NCBI GenBank assembly: GCA_963666055.2
Contig: CAXWPH010000009.1
Location: 17,227-81,226, forward strand
Length of the DNA stretch: 64,000 nucleotides
Direction: 5' to 3'
Source: Acidobacteriota bacterium
GTDB lineage: Bacteria; Acidobacteriota; UBA890; WLXD01
Shown here: positions 29,400-38,773 of the stretch, one piece after another
How positions within the stretch are numbered: position 1 is the stretch's first letter
How the letters are laid out: the number at the start of each line of letters is the position of its first letter
Notes under the pieces: model-generated
The model's database searches: none
The model's input: the letters and a program-made list of their open reading frames with translations, nothing else
Told to the model about the DNA's origin: nothing
Made by a program: the position numbers and the translations under genes

Positions 29400-30839
29400 T
29401 TATTTAACCCTTTTGACCATCATGACGACGCCGGCAACGGCAGGCACGGCGGGGAGCAGGATCACCAGCAGTGCGAAGGTGACCGCCTTTTGCCCTTCGG
29501 TCAGCAGGACGCGCTTGTTTGATACCTCCTTCGGAAGGATCGAGATGAGCTCCTGCTGCCCGGCCAACCAGCTCACCGAGTTCACGAACAGGTCGCCGTT
29601 GCCCTGCCAATTGAAGAAGGCGTTGGTGGCGAACTCGACGTCGCCGATGGCGACCAGGATCGGCTCACCCACCGGTACCGGCTCACCGGTACGCTGACGC
29701 TCACGGAACGCTCGGGGCGTCTCGTCGAGCAACTCCGACACCGCCACGACGAGCGGCAGCGGACCCTGACGATCAACTCCCTCGTCCCAGCGCGCCATCA
29801 ACGCGCGCTCGAAATCGGTCTCGCCCCACGACGACGGGGTGCTGCTGGCCAGGGCGCGGGCGTCGATGCCTTCGGGCAATGTGTCGATGGTGATCGATCG
29901 CGGCATGCTGAACAGCGTCATGGCGCCGAAGCCGTCGGTAATCGGGTGGGGCTCGTACCGATCGACCATCGGCACCTGTACGCCGAGGCCGAAGGCCTGC
30001 CCGTTGCGCCCGGTATCGATGATGAAATCGGCGTTGACCTGAAGGCCATAGCCGGCAACCAAGGCCTCGATCTCGGGCAGGTCGGTGTTGCTCTCGAGCA
30101 TCGCCATCAGCCGGCCGCCGTTCTGTAGATAGGATTCCAGGGCGGCGCGCTCCTCCGACAGCAGGTCGGTGCTCGGCCCGGCGATGAGGATGACGCGGCA
30201 GTCGTCGGCCGCCTGACCCGCGGCCAGGTTGAGCTGCAGTGGCTCGTAGTTGACCTGCCTCAACGCGGTGACGGCGGCCGAGAAGCCACCGCGACCCTTG
30301 TCCACAGGTAGCCGCTCGCCGTGCCCTGACAGGAAGCAGACCGGCACCGCATCGCCCCGCGTCGCCGCCAGGATGGCGTTGGTGATCGCCGGCTCACTCG
30401 GACCGTCGGCGCGGCGAACGGAGTCGCCGGCCTCGATGATCAATGTCCCATACGTGCGTACCTGGTGCGCCTGGGCAAGCGCCGGCTCAGCCTCAGGGTC
30501 GACCAGCCGATACTCGATGAACGAAGAACCGTCGGCGTAGCCTTTCAACAGACGCTCGACACTCGGATCCTTGGCGCCCTGGACAAACGCCGTCAGGGTC
30601 ACCGGCTGATCGAGCGTGTTCAGCGCCGCTCGGCTGGAAGCCGACAGACTGAACAGCTGTGCTTCGGTGAAGTCCCAGGTCAGCGGGTTGTAGGTGACCA
30701 CCCAGCTCACTAGGAACGCACAGGCCAGAAACAGCACAAGGCGCAGGCCAGCGAACGTCCACTCGGTCACTCGCAGGCTGGTAGCGAACAGCTGCCGAAG
30801 CCGTTGCAGGCGCGGCTCGGGGTTGACGGCGGCGCTCAT
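29400..30839 (-). CDS. GldG-like ABC transporter auxiliary protein
   Basis: WDFTEAQLFSLS, VDP, GHGE, IAGP, GD.EF..N, NGDLFVNSVSWL, C-terminal TM. Confidence 0.85.
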   Translation of the reverse strand: MSAAVNPEPRLQRLRQLFATSLRVTEWTFAGLRLVLFLACAFLVSWVVTYNPLTWDFTEAQLFSLSASSRAALNTLDQPVTLTAFVQGAKDPSVERLLKGYADGSSFIEYRLVDPEAEPALAQAHQVRTYGTLIIEAGDSVRRADGPSEPAITNAILAATRGDAVPVCFLSGHGERLPVDKGRGGFSAAVTALRQVNYEPLQLNLAAGQAADDCRVILIAGPSTDLLSEERAALESYLQNGGRLMAMLESNTDLPEIEALVAGYGLQVNADFIIDTGRNGQAFGLGVQVPMVDRYEPHPITDGFGAMTLFSMPRSITIDTLPEGIDARALASSTPSSWGETDFERALMARWDEGVDRQGPLPLVVAVSELLDETPRAFRERQRTGEPVPVGEPILVAIGDVEFATNAFFNWQGNGDLFVNSVSWLAGQQELISILPKEVSNKRVLLTEGQKAVTFALLVILLPAVPAVAGVVMMVKRVK

Positions 30840-31630
30840 GAGCTGCGCACTCCTCGCCACCGCAAGCTCTCGAGAGCCAGGTGGGTCATGAACAAGAAGA
30901 AGGCGGTGAACCAGAGCAAGTAGTTGGCGTCGGGCAGGCTGATCACACCGACGCGGAAGTCGCCGAAGTGGTGATGCAATGACAGCCAGCGAACACCGTC
31001 CTGCCAGATGCTGGGCAGCAGGTTCGCGGGCGCGTCGACGAACCAGAAGATCAGCAGCAGGCCATAGCCGCCGAACGCCGCCACAACCTGGCTCTCGGTT
31101 AGCGCCGATACCCACAGCGTCGCGGCCAGCATGGCCGCGGACAGCAGCAGCAGCCCGAGGTAACCGGTAATCCAGACCGCCGGCTCGTTGGCGCCGAAGT
31201 ACGCGAGCACGTATTGGAAACAGAAGGTCGGTGCCAGCAACACCACCAAGAACAGAAAGGCGCCGGAGAACTTGCCCCACATGATGCCGGCATTGGTGAC
31301 CGGTGAGGTGAGCAGTAGCTCCATGGTGCGGCGTCGCTTCTCTTCCGCCAGCAGCGCCATCGCCACGATCGGCAGTATGAACACCAGCAGCCACGCCGTG
31401 ATATCGAGGAAGCTGGTGCCGATCATTGCCGGTACGTTGAGCAAGTTGCCTTGCGGCCCGAGCTGCTCGGCCCGAACGTCGGCGCTGCGTCCTTGCACCA
31501 CCCAATAGTTCAGAATGGAAATGAAGAACACTGACTCGGCGAGCCAGAAGACCGCCATGAGCGCGTACGCTACCGGCGACACGAAATAGCTGTGTAGCTC
31601 ACGCTTGCAGATTGCCCAGGCTCCGCGCAT
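30836..31630 (-). CDS. GldF-like ABC-2 permease
   Basis: RELHSYFVSPVAY, AEEKRRRTMELLLTSP, GKF. Confidence 0.9.
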   Translation of the reverse strand: MRGAWAICKRELHSYFVSPVAYALMAVFWLAESVFFISILNYWVVQGRSADVRAEQLGPQGNLLNVPAMIGTSFLDITAWLLVFILPIVAMALLAEEKRRRTMELLLTSPVTNAGIMWGKFSGAFLFLVVLLAPTFCFQYVLAYFGANEPAVWITGYLGLLLLSAAMLAATLWVSALTESQVVAAFGGYGLLLIFWFVDAPANLLPSIWQDGVRWLSLHHHFGDFRVGVISLPDANYLLWFTAFFLFMTHLALESLRWRGVRSS

Positions 31631-31648
31631 CAACCCTCTCCTTTTCCG

Positions 31649-32620
31649 TCAGGCCACACGCGGCTGTTGGTCGACGTCATCAGAATCCGGCTCCTCTGTA
31701 AGTCGTAGGAAGATTTGCTCGAGGCTGAGCTCGATACGGCTTATGCCGACAAGCTCCCAGCCACCGTTAACAATCGCCGCAGCAAGTTGCGGGCGGAGGT
31801 CTCTGTCGGCCGACGTCGCAACCTCGCAGCGCCAACAACCTGGCTCGGTGTCGTCGACCAGGGCGACGTTGTCGGCGCCGGCGACAGCCTGAAGCGCGCG
31901 ACGCATCGCGTCGACGTCGCCGCGAGCCTGTAACACGATCTTATGGCCACCGCTGAATCGCTTGGTCAGCGCCGCCACCGTATCGGTGGCAACGACTGCT
32001 CCCCGGTGCAGCACGACGAGCCGCTCGCAGGACGCGGCGATCTCGTTGAGGATGTGGCTCGACAGAATCACCGTGTGCTCGCCAGCGAGCTCACGAATGA
32101 GCTGGCGTACCTCGATGATCTGACGTGGGTCGAGCCCAGAGGTCAGCTCGTCGAGAACCAGCAGGTCAGGCGAGTGCAGGATCGCCTGCGCCAGCCCGAC
32201 GCGTTGCCTGTAGCCTTTGGAAAGCTGCTCGATTGGCTGCCCGGCTCGATCCTCGAGCCAGCACAGGGTGAGGGCGCGCTCGACAGCGGCGGCGCGCTCC
32301 GACCTGCGCATACCCTTGAGCTCGGCCACGAACATCAGGTACGCGCGGACGCGCATCTCCGGATAGAGCGGCGGAACCTCGGGCAGATAGCCGACGTGCC
32401 GCTTCACCGCCAGAGGCTGGCGCGCGACGTCGTGCCCGGCAACCTGGACTACGCCCGAGGTGGGGGGCATCGCACCCGTCAGGATACGCATGGTTGTGGT
32501 CTTGCCAGCGCCGTTCGGACCTAGCAGCCCAACAACCTCGCCGGCGGCGACGTCGAACGAGATGCCGTCCAGGGCGGCGACCGAACCGAAGCACTTGGTC
32601 AGATTCTCGATGTGGATCAT
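31649..32620 (-). CDS. GldA-like ABC ATP-binding protein
   Basis: GPNGAGKTT, LSKGYRQR, LVLDELTSGLDP, SSHIL. Confidence 0.92.
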   Translation of the reverse strand: MIHIENLTKCFGSVAALDGISFDVAAGEVVGLLGPNGAGKTTTMRILTGAMPPTSGVVQVAGHDVARQPLAVKRHVGYLPEVPPLYPEMRVRAYLMFVAELKGMRRSERAAAVERALTLCWLEDRAGQPIEQLSKGYRQRVGLAQAILHSPDLLVLDELTSGLDPRQIIEVRQLIRELAGEHTVILSSHILNEIAASCERLVVLHRGAVVATDTVAALTKRFSGGHKIVLQARGDVDAMRRALQAVAGADNVALVDDTEPGCWRCEVATSADRDLRPQLAAAIVNGGWELVGISRIELSLEQIFLRLTEEPDSDDVDQQPRVA

Positions 32621-32750
32621 CGAACGTCCGGCGTGGAAGGCAGACAAGAAAAGCCGCCGGGAGGTTATTCGCAGCCTCCCGACGGCCAAATCTTCGCTAA
32701 TCCGGACAGATCGATGCTAGCTCATAATGACATAAGAAATTTTTTCATTC

Positions 32751-32800
32751 CCATGACAGTACTTGTCCGTCCATGGCCGTCCTTGTCATATCTTGAGAGG
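32751..32800. repeat. degenerate 10-bp tandem direct repeats
   Basis: ccatgacagt/acttgtccgt/ccatggccgt/ccttgtcata/tcttgagagg upstream of the ABC genes. Confidence 0.6.
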
Positions 32801-32842
32801 TCAAAAATGGCCAAGAATAGCTTGGGGTGACTAATTGCTGGA

Positions 32843-33694
32843 TTACCGAATCCCGCCTACCCCTGCCAGCACGGCGGTTTGATCGTCGCCACCCGTGTAC
32901 CAGCCCCAGGGCTGGTCGAAGGCGGTCTCGATCTGCTCGTTCGGCCCCGCCGAGTAACAGACCACGGCCGAGCTGAAGAACGGCTGATGGCGGCGCCAGT
33001 ACGCATGGGTGTTGTATAGCGTAGCCGGCGGCAGGTGCAGGGCGAAGACATTTGCCATGTAGCGGTTGCCCCACGGATCGGCATTGATGCGGTCGGCGAT
33101 GTACGGACCACGCCATGGTGAATGCTGGTCCGCGAATCCGTCGACCAGGAAGCTCAGGCCAACCTGATAGTACGCGTCGGTGTCGGCGATGAACGTGGCG
33201 CCGCGCTGCAGCTGCCAATGGGTGGCGCCGATCGCCGAGGCTGGAATATCGCCGTTGCCGACCAGCAACCCGGCCGCCTGGTAGGAGCCGCCGGTGTTGT
33301 AGCTCACGCCGGTCGAATAGGCATTGACCGCACCCGGGCTCGACTGCCCGCCGGTAAACGAGTACGTCTGCGTCGTCACCCCGGTCTGTCGCGTGGTGGG
33401 CTCACCGCACCACTCACCGCAGTCATCCACACAAGCGCCGCAATCGCCTGGCGCCAGGTCGCAGCCTTCGCACCACTCCATGCTGGTGGTGTGGGTCTGC
33501 TGCTGGACGAGCAGCTGCCCGCCGCTCGTCGCGCCGTAGCCGGAGGCCGCGTAGCCGGTCTGATAGCTGCGGTCGTAGCTTCCCCAGAAGGCGCTCTCGC
33601 CGACATCGTCGAGCATCATCTTGAGGGCCGTGCACAGCACGCCAAGGTCATCGCTCAGGCGAATCTTACGCGCCAGAGAGTTGAACTGGCCGAT
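32843..33694 (-). pseudogene. GspG-like large pilin lacking leader and hydrophobic helix; Cys-rich insert
   Basis: Open frame IGQFNSLARKIRLSDDLGVLCTALKMMLDDVGE ... WRGPY..DPWGNRY..SAGPN..GDD; no G|FTLxE upstream. Confidence 0.7.
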
Positions 33695-33813
33695 GCGTCC
33701 TCGAAGATAGCGCCTTCGCCGACGTCATCGAGCATCGCTTTGATCACCGAGCATATGGCGCCGAGATCCTCCTTGACGCGAACGAATCGGGCGAGCCGCT
33801 TATACCGGGCGAC
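33695..33813 (-). pseudogene. isolated alpha1-C fragment of another pilin paralogue
   Basis: VARYKRLARFVRVKEDLGAICSVIKAMLDDVGEGAIF aligns with the same segment of neighbouring pilins; out of frame with the downstream copy. Confidence 0.65.
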
Positions 33814-34144
33814 CGCGTTGTGCACCGGATATGCCGAGAGCTGGCGACGTGAGCCACGTCGTTTGCGTGGTCCCCAATGTAGAGCCAACAGGAAGGCTTG
33901 ACCAAACCATCGCGCCCAGCGGCCGCGTTTGGCCCGCCGGTCGTGCCCTGGCGTCGTCGACCCTGGCAGCAGCAGCCAGCTCATGCCAGCACCCGCAGGC
34001 AAGCGGCTCAACGCGCGTCTGCGGAGTCCCAGCCTGGCGGTACATCGCCAGGGCCGCCCACGATTAGCAGATCGGGACATCGGCGGCCATGACCGCGCAC
34101 CGGTGCTCCGGCGGGCGCGCATGTGCGCGGCACTCTGGCGAGCA

Positions 34145-34594
34145 TCAACCGGAATCGTGTTCGCCTACGAGCTTGAGACCGGCATCGCCACCATGGTTCT
34201 TCTGCCAGTACGCGATGTCCATTTCGCGGAACCGCCAGTGGCCACCGACGCTAACGTACGGCAGTCGACCCTCGACGACCTCGCGCACCAGGGCATCGCG
34301 AGTCATCTCGAGGCGCAAGGCCAGGGTCGCAACCGTCTCTACGCGAATGCTGCTTTCCACGTGAGATCCCCAACTGGTCCAGGCTTGGTCAACAATTGGG
34401 TGGAGCGTATGCAGCCTAGGCAATCCGCCGGCACGTTCCAGCCAGAGCTCGATGTCGCGTTCGCGAAAGCGCAAGTTGCCCGCAATGCTGACGTAGGGAA
34501 GCCGACAACGCTTGACTTCGCGCTCGATGGTGCGGCGCGGCAGGCCGAAGCGTTCTGCCAGAGTTTCGACGGTCTCGAGGCGCTGCCGCTTCAT
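34145..34594 (-). CDS. tandem double excisionase/BldC-like HTH protein
   Basis: Two repeats of ETVxTLAxR....RLPYVSxxGxxRFRExDI. Confidence 0.8.
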   Translation of the reverse strand: MKRQRLETVETLAERFGLPRRTIEREVKRCRLPYVSIAGNLRFRERDIELWLERAGGLPRLHTLHPIVDQAWTSWGSHVESSIRVETVATLALRLEMTRDALVREVVEGRLPYVSVGGHWRFREMDIAYWQKNHGGDAGLKLVGEHDSG

Positions 34595-34814
34595 TGCTCA
34601 CAACCGGGGGGTTCAAGGACTTGCCTTGTCTGGTGGAGAGCATGAAGCGAGCGCTGCGCACGCGCAACAGATCGAGTCCAGCCTTGGCCGCACGGGTCCA
34701 CCGACCTCTGCCCCAACCGCAAAGACGGGTAGCAAAGGGACGGGTGGGAAAGCGCCAGATACCGCCGAACGTTCGGAGCCGTGGTTGGCTACGAGTCGCC
34801 GGCCACTGCGAACC

Positions 34815-35045
34815 TCAGAGTGAGGAGGACGCGTGGCGGCCTCGGCCGCCCTGAATCACGCGGAAGCGCGAGCGCTGCAGGCGGGAGCGCAAGTAGGACT
34901 CGACGTCGACCTTTCGATAGCGCCGGCGTCCTCCCACCATGACGAACGGGAGACGGCCGCGAGCCACCTCGCGCTGCACCGTCCTGGGGCTGACCTGTAG
35001 GTACTCGGCCAGCGAGAAGGTGGTGAACAGGGTTGTATCGGCCAT
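34815..35045 (-). CDS. excisionase/BldC-like HTH protein
   Basis: TTFSLAEYLQVSPRTVQREVARGRLPFVMVGGRRRYRKVDVESYL. Confidence 0.85.
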   Translation of the reverse strand: MADTTLFTTFSLAEYLQVSPRTVQREVARGRLPFVMVGGRRRYRKVDVESYLRSRLQRSRFRVIQGGRGRHASSSL

Positions 35046-35068
35046 CTGCGTCGACCTGTTTGTGGGGC

Positions 35069-35260
35069 TCATTCGCTCGATCTCTGTACGCTGGAATCGA
35101 CCCTACCGTTCGTCAACAAAGTACGCAAACGGCGCCGCAGCGCGGTGGCCCGCCATGTCCGGTGAAAACGCGCGATTCGATCAGAGGATCGACAGTGGTG
35201 GCCCTGGTCGCGTCGATCATGCCGGCTAGGCTGCAGTATGGCGAGCGACCCTCGACTCAT
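35069..35260 (-). CDS. questionable 63-aa ORF
   Basis: ATGA overlaps at both ends but Arg/Ser-rich with no motif. Confidence 0.2.
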   Translation of the reverse strand: MSRGSLAILQPSRHDRRDQGHHCRSSDRIARFHRTWRATALRRRLRTLLTNGRVDSSVQRSSE

Positions 35261-35928
35261 TGGATCCGGGCGCTGATGTCGAGGGGGCTGGCAGCGGCGT
35301 TGCCCAGCAGCTGCGCGTCGGCCGACGGGTACAGGGTGTCGAAGACACCATCAGGGCCCGCCGACAGGGCCCATACGGCCCGCTTCTGCTGCGCGCCACC
35401 GGCCTCGAAGGCGCCGGGATTCACCGACAGGTACTCCACGTTGATAGCGTAGCGGTTGCCCCATGGATCGCTCTGCATGTGCGCGTTGAGGTAGGGGCCG
35501 TTCCAACCCGATCCGCTGAGTGCGGTCTTCAACGGATAGCCGATGTCCCCTGACGAGGGACGATTATTGACCAACTGGTTGGAGATGAAATCGACCATCG
35601 TGGGGTCTGTGTTCAGCCAGGGCTCTGCACCAAGGCGCGCCTCGCCAACGGCGCCGGGCGAGACCAGCAGGGCGATGCGGCTCTGCCGCTGGCCGTCGGC
35701 GAACTGGGCGTGAAATCCGTTGTCCCGAAAGAACTCGAAGACCGAGTCGGCCAGGATCCGCACGTCGTTCTGCGCTCGTGCGAGCCGCGATTGGTGCAAG
35801 AAATTGAAGACCGACGGAGCAAGGATCAGACCGAGAATGGCGATCACCGCGAGGATGATGGTGATCTCCAACAGCGTGAAACCGCGCGCCCGCGCGCCGC
35901 TGCCGTCGGCTTCCGGCACTGGATTCAT
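35257..35928 (-). CDS. GspG-like pilin/pseudopilin, intact
   Basis: RG|FTLLEITIILAVIAILGLILAP, WNGPY, DPWGNRY, SAGPDG. Confidence 0.9.
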   Translation of the reverse strand: MNPVPEADGSGARARGFTLLEITIILAVIAILGLILAPSVFNFLHQSRLARAQNDVRILADSVFEFFRDNGFHAQFADGQRQSRIALLVSPGAVGEARLGAEPWLNTDPTMVDFISNQLVNNRPSSGDIGYPLKTALSGSGWNGPYLNAHMQSDPWGNRYAINVEYLSVNPGAFEAGGAQQKRAVWALSAGPDGVFDTLYPSADAQLLGNAAASPLDISARIQ

Positions 35929-36515
35929 CTGCTGCCCCCGGACACCACGCGGATCAAGTCGTCGTCGCCAGGTACCACGCCGTCGATCTCGAACGGCGTA
36001 TCGACCTCCTCGTCCGGGCCGGCAGACATCACGAAGATATCGAAGCGGTAGCCGGCGTTGTCCTCGGTGGCGCTGTCGGCGATCGGGTCCAGGTACAGAA
36101 CGTTCACCGCATAGCGGTTTCCCCAGGGGTCGGATCGCACCGGCGCCGACACGTAGGGGCCGCGCCAAGCGAACCGCGCGCCGAACCCTTGCTGGTTGGC
36201 GAACGGAGCGTTCCTAGACGGTACGGCGGCGATCCTGTCCTCGGGGGTCCGGTAACCGGCCGACGGTTCGTTGCCCGGCGTGTTCTGCACGAGATGGTTG
36301 GCAAGAGTATCGACCACGTGCCCATCGTACGGGCGCCGCCAGAGCCAGAGGTCGTCGCCGTTGCCCTCGTCAGGAGTGTCGCCGTCGCTGACGAGGCTCA
36401 GCACGGTCAGCACCACGAGGATGATCGTGTCCTCCACCAAGGTGAAGCCGCGGGCGCTCGCCTGGAACGATCGCATCCGTGCGGTGCGCGTCGTCTTGAG
36501 GTGAGTGCGGGTCAT
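35925..36515 (-). CDS. GspG-like pilin with in-frame deletion of most of alpha1
   Basis: RG|FTLVEDTIILVVLTVLS joins directly to LVSDGDTPD, skipping roughly 45-60 aa present in the intact paralogues; WRGPY, DPWGNRY, SAGPD, GDDD retained. Confidence 0.75.
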   Translation of the reverse strand: MTRTHLKTTRTARMRSFQASARGFTLVEDTIILVVLTVLSLVSDGDTPDEGNGDDLWLWRRPYDGHVVDTLANHLVQNTPGNEPSAGYRTPEDRIAAVPSRNAPFANQQGFGARFAWRGPYVSAPVRSDPWGNRYAVNVLYLDPIADSATEDNAGYRFDIFVMSAGPDEEVDTPFEIDGVVPGDDDLIRVVSGGSR

Positions 36516-36525
36516 CGAAGTCTCT

Positions 36526-37380
36526 TCAGCGCAAGGAACCGTAGGAAACCGGGTAGGCGATGTCGTCGTCGCCGAGAACGAAGCCGCCGACGGAACCGAA
36601 CGGCGTATCGAGCTCCTCGTCCGGACCTGCCGAGAGCACGATCACAGGCCGGATAAAGCCGACCGAGTCGCCGCCCTGAGGCACCGTCAGCCAAGCGACG
36701 TTGGCCATGTAGCGATTGCCCCACGGATCCGGACGGATTGCATCCAGATAGGGGCCGCGCCAGGCGAACTCCGAGTTGAAGCCCTGGCCACTGCTGCCGT
36801 CAAAGTGTAATCCGCCAGGCACACCCGAGCTGTGATCGCCCGAGACCATATCGGCGGGTGTCCGATAACCCTTCCAGTCGGGGCCAGTGCCGCCATCGCC
36901 AAAGTCGCCCGGGTAGTTCTGGATCAGGTGATTGGCGAAGGTGTCGACAATTCCGCCGTTCAGCCATACATCGGGAAAGTCGGTGCCGGCATCGCCCACC
37001 GTCGAGCCCAGCGGCTCGCGCCACTCATAGAACTGACTGCCACCATCCGGCGTATCGCCATCGCCGATGAGCAGGCCGACCGGCGGAGCGTCACCGTCCT
37101 CGGAGTAGCGCTCGGGCGAGCGCCAGCTGGAGCCGCCCATGGGTTTGGAGTGGAACGAGCTCTCGCCGGTGTCCTTCAGCATGTGCATCATTGCAGCGCC
37201 GATCGCGGCAACATCCTCGCGAACGCGCGCGTCGCGCGCGTCGCGCAAGAACACCCCAACCTGCGGCAGCAGAATGGCCGACAAGATCGCCAGGGCCATC
37301 ACGATGATCGACACCTCGATCAGCGTGAATCCGCGATCACCGACGTTATTCTGGTGCCGTCCCTGGCCCAGTTTCGTCAT
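36526..37380 (-). CDS. GspG-like large pilin/pseudopilin, intact
   Basis: GGGAG RBS, RG|FTLIEVSIIVMALAILSAILLP, DGDTPD, WRGPY, DPWGNRY, SAGPDEE, GDDDI. Confidence 0.9.
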   Translation of the reverse strand: MTKLGQGRHQNNVGDRGFTLIEVSIIVMALAILSAILLPQVGVFLRDARDARVREDVAAIGAAMMHMLKDTGESSFHSKPMGGSSWRSPERYSEDGDAPPVGLLIGDGDTPDGGSQFYEWREPLGSTVGDAGTDFPDVWLNGGIVDTFANHLIQNYPGDFGDGGTGPDWKGYRTPADMVSGDHSSGVPGGLHFDGSSGQGFNSEFAWRGPYLDAIRPDPWGNRYMANVAWLTVPQGGDSVGFIRPVIVLSAGPDEELDTPFGSVGGFVLGDDDIAYPVSYGSLR

Positions 37381-37424
37381 GGCTTTCTCCCTGCGTTTTC
37401 GGGCGTGGCAGGCTCGACGCATCG

Positions 37425-37909
37425 TCATCGTCCCGGCACGCTGTCGGGCCCGGTCGAGAACAACACCGCAATGTCGTCGTCCCCGGGGACGAACCCGTCC
37501 ATTTCGAAGATCGAATCGATTTCCTGATCCGGACCCGCCGACAGCACCACCACATCGATGCCGTCCGTCTGGCTCAGGAAGTAAACGTTGGCGGCGTAGC
37601 GGTTGCCCCACGGGTCGCCGTGGCCGAGGTTTAGGTAGGCGCCGCCCCAGGCGTGCAACTGCGAGAGCGTGCCGGCGATCGGATCGCCGCACTCGGCCAG
37701 GCTCGCGAAAGCGCGGCCGGGGTCGTTTCCGGGTACGTTGGAGATCAGGTAATACTCGAAGAAGTCCACCCATGTGCCATCGACGGGCTCTGCCCAGCGC
37801 TCTCCGCCTTCGGGTCCCAAAGCCGGGATGTCGCCGGCGGTAACTAGAATCTCGACAGCGTCGCCGTAGCCGTGATCTCGATCATCGTCATGCCATCGTT
37901 ACGGCTCAA
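37425..37909 (-). pseudogene. GspG-like pilin with out-of-frame deletion of alpha1
   Basis: GGGGAG RBS, TTG start, LSRNDG|MTMIEI, then a frame change near 37872 into GYGDAVEILVTAGDIP...WGGAY..DPWGNRY..SAGPD..GDDDI. Confidence 0.75.
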
Positions 37910-37985
37910 GGAATTCTCCCCTGGCGAGGGCACGGCTGCCGTAAATCTCCGGCGTCTGCGCCTCGGCGCAAACCGCAGACCATTT

Positions 37986-38204
37986 TCAGCGAATCGCCGC
38001 AACACGCTCTCCGAACAACGGTGTCGCGTCGTAGCGATCCTGCGATTGGCTCTGCAAGTACGTCTCCACGTCCTCCGGGCGATACCGGATGAGGTCGCGG
38101 ATGCGGATGTACGGCAGTCGGCCGGCCTCACGCTCTCGACGCACGGTATGCGGCGAAACCTGCAAGTACTCGGCCAGAGATTCTGTCGTGTGAAGACCCA
38201 ACAT
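37986..38204 (-). CDS. excisionase/BldC-like HTH protein
   Basis: GGAGG RBS; TTESLAEYLQVSPHTVRREREAGRLPYIRIRDLIRYRPEDVETYL. Confidence 0.85.
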   Translation of the reverse strand: MLGLHTTESLAEYLQVSPHTVRREREAGRLPYIRIRDLIRYRPEDVETYLQSQSQDRYDATPLFGERVAAIR

Positions 38205-38277
38205 TGACTGCCTCCGTGTTTCCCCGCCCTTGCGGGGGTTCGGTCAACTGCGGTGCGAGTACAGGACCCGGTAGGAC

Positions 38278-38496
38278 CTAGCGCTCGCCCCAGTTGGCCT
38301 GCGAAGCAAACGTATCGGTGTCCAGCGACATGCTGGCGTTACGCTCGAGATATGACCGCACGTCGCTTTCGCGATAGCGGATCTGCCCGCGAACGCGGCC
38401 AAACGGCAAGCGGCCCTCCTTGCGCTCGCGACGGATCGTCCGCGGCGAGACCTGGAGCAGCTCTGCGAGCGTCTCGGTGGTGTAAAGCTTCTGCAC
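38278..38496 (-). CDS. excisionase/BldC-like HTH protein (first gene after the sigma54 promoter)
   Basis: GGGGAG RBS, GTG start; YTTETLAELLQVSPRTIRRERKEGRLPFGRVRGQIRYRESDV. Confidence 0.85.
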   Translation of the reverse strand: MQKLYTTETLAELLQVSPRTIRRERKEGRLPFGRVRGQIRYRESDVRSYLERNASMSLDTDTFASQANWGER

Positions 38497-38571
38497 GGTT
38501 GCGTACTCCCCTGTTGGCGGGTTTCGCCTCGTTTCGGTAGGCGCCGAGCCGAACTCGACACCCGAGGAGGG

Positions 38572-38588
38572 AGCAATCGCCGTGCCAA
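38572..38588 (-). promoter_or_regulatory. sigma54 (-24/-12) promoter of the HTH/pilin operon
   Basis: Minus strand TTGGCACGGCGATTGCT, a full match to TGGCAC-N5-TTGCW. Confidence 0.9.
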
Positions 38589-38773
38589 ACTCGGCCGCGC
38601 CTCGTACGAGGCCACCGAACGCAGTCCGCTGTTTCTTCATAAGTCACTGCAACAAAAGCGTTTATCGAATACTAGCGGTGCTCTACAGTGCTGGTAGCGT
38701 CTCCCCCGTCCGCCCGTACATTACGTCGATCGGAACTGACTGGGACACCGTAACTCACTGATATCAAAAGGTT

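Noticed and set aside
33059-37616. Five 21-bp near-identical repeats considered as a CRISPR array, shufflon sites or DGR template
   Set aside because: Spacing is 0.6-2.4 kb, they encode DPWGNRY with third-position variation, no deletion junction maps to them, and no cas, invertase or reverse transcriptase is present.
36526-37773. 415-aa ORF as a single protein
   Set aside because: The first roughly 130 codons overlap the upstream pilin fragment in another frame; the RBS and prepilin leader place the start at 37380.
34145-38496. Prophage or ICE suggested by excisionase-like genes
   Set aside because: No integrase, att repeats, replication or structural genes, and no obvious compositional shift.
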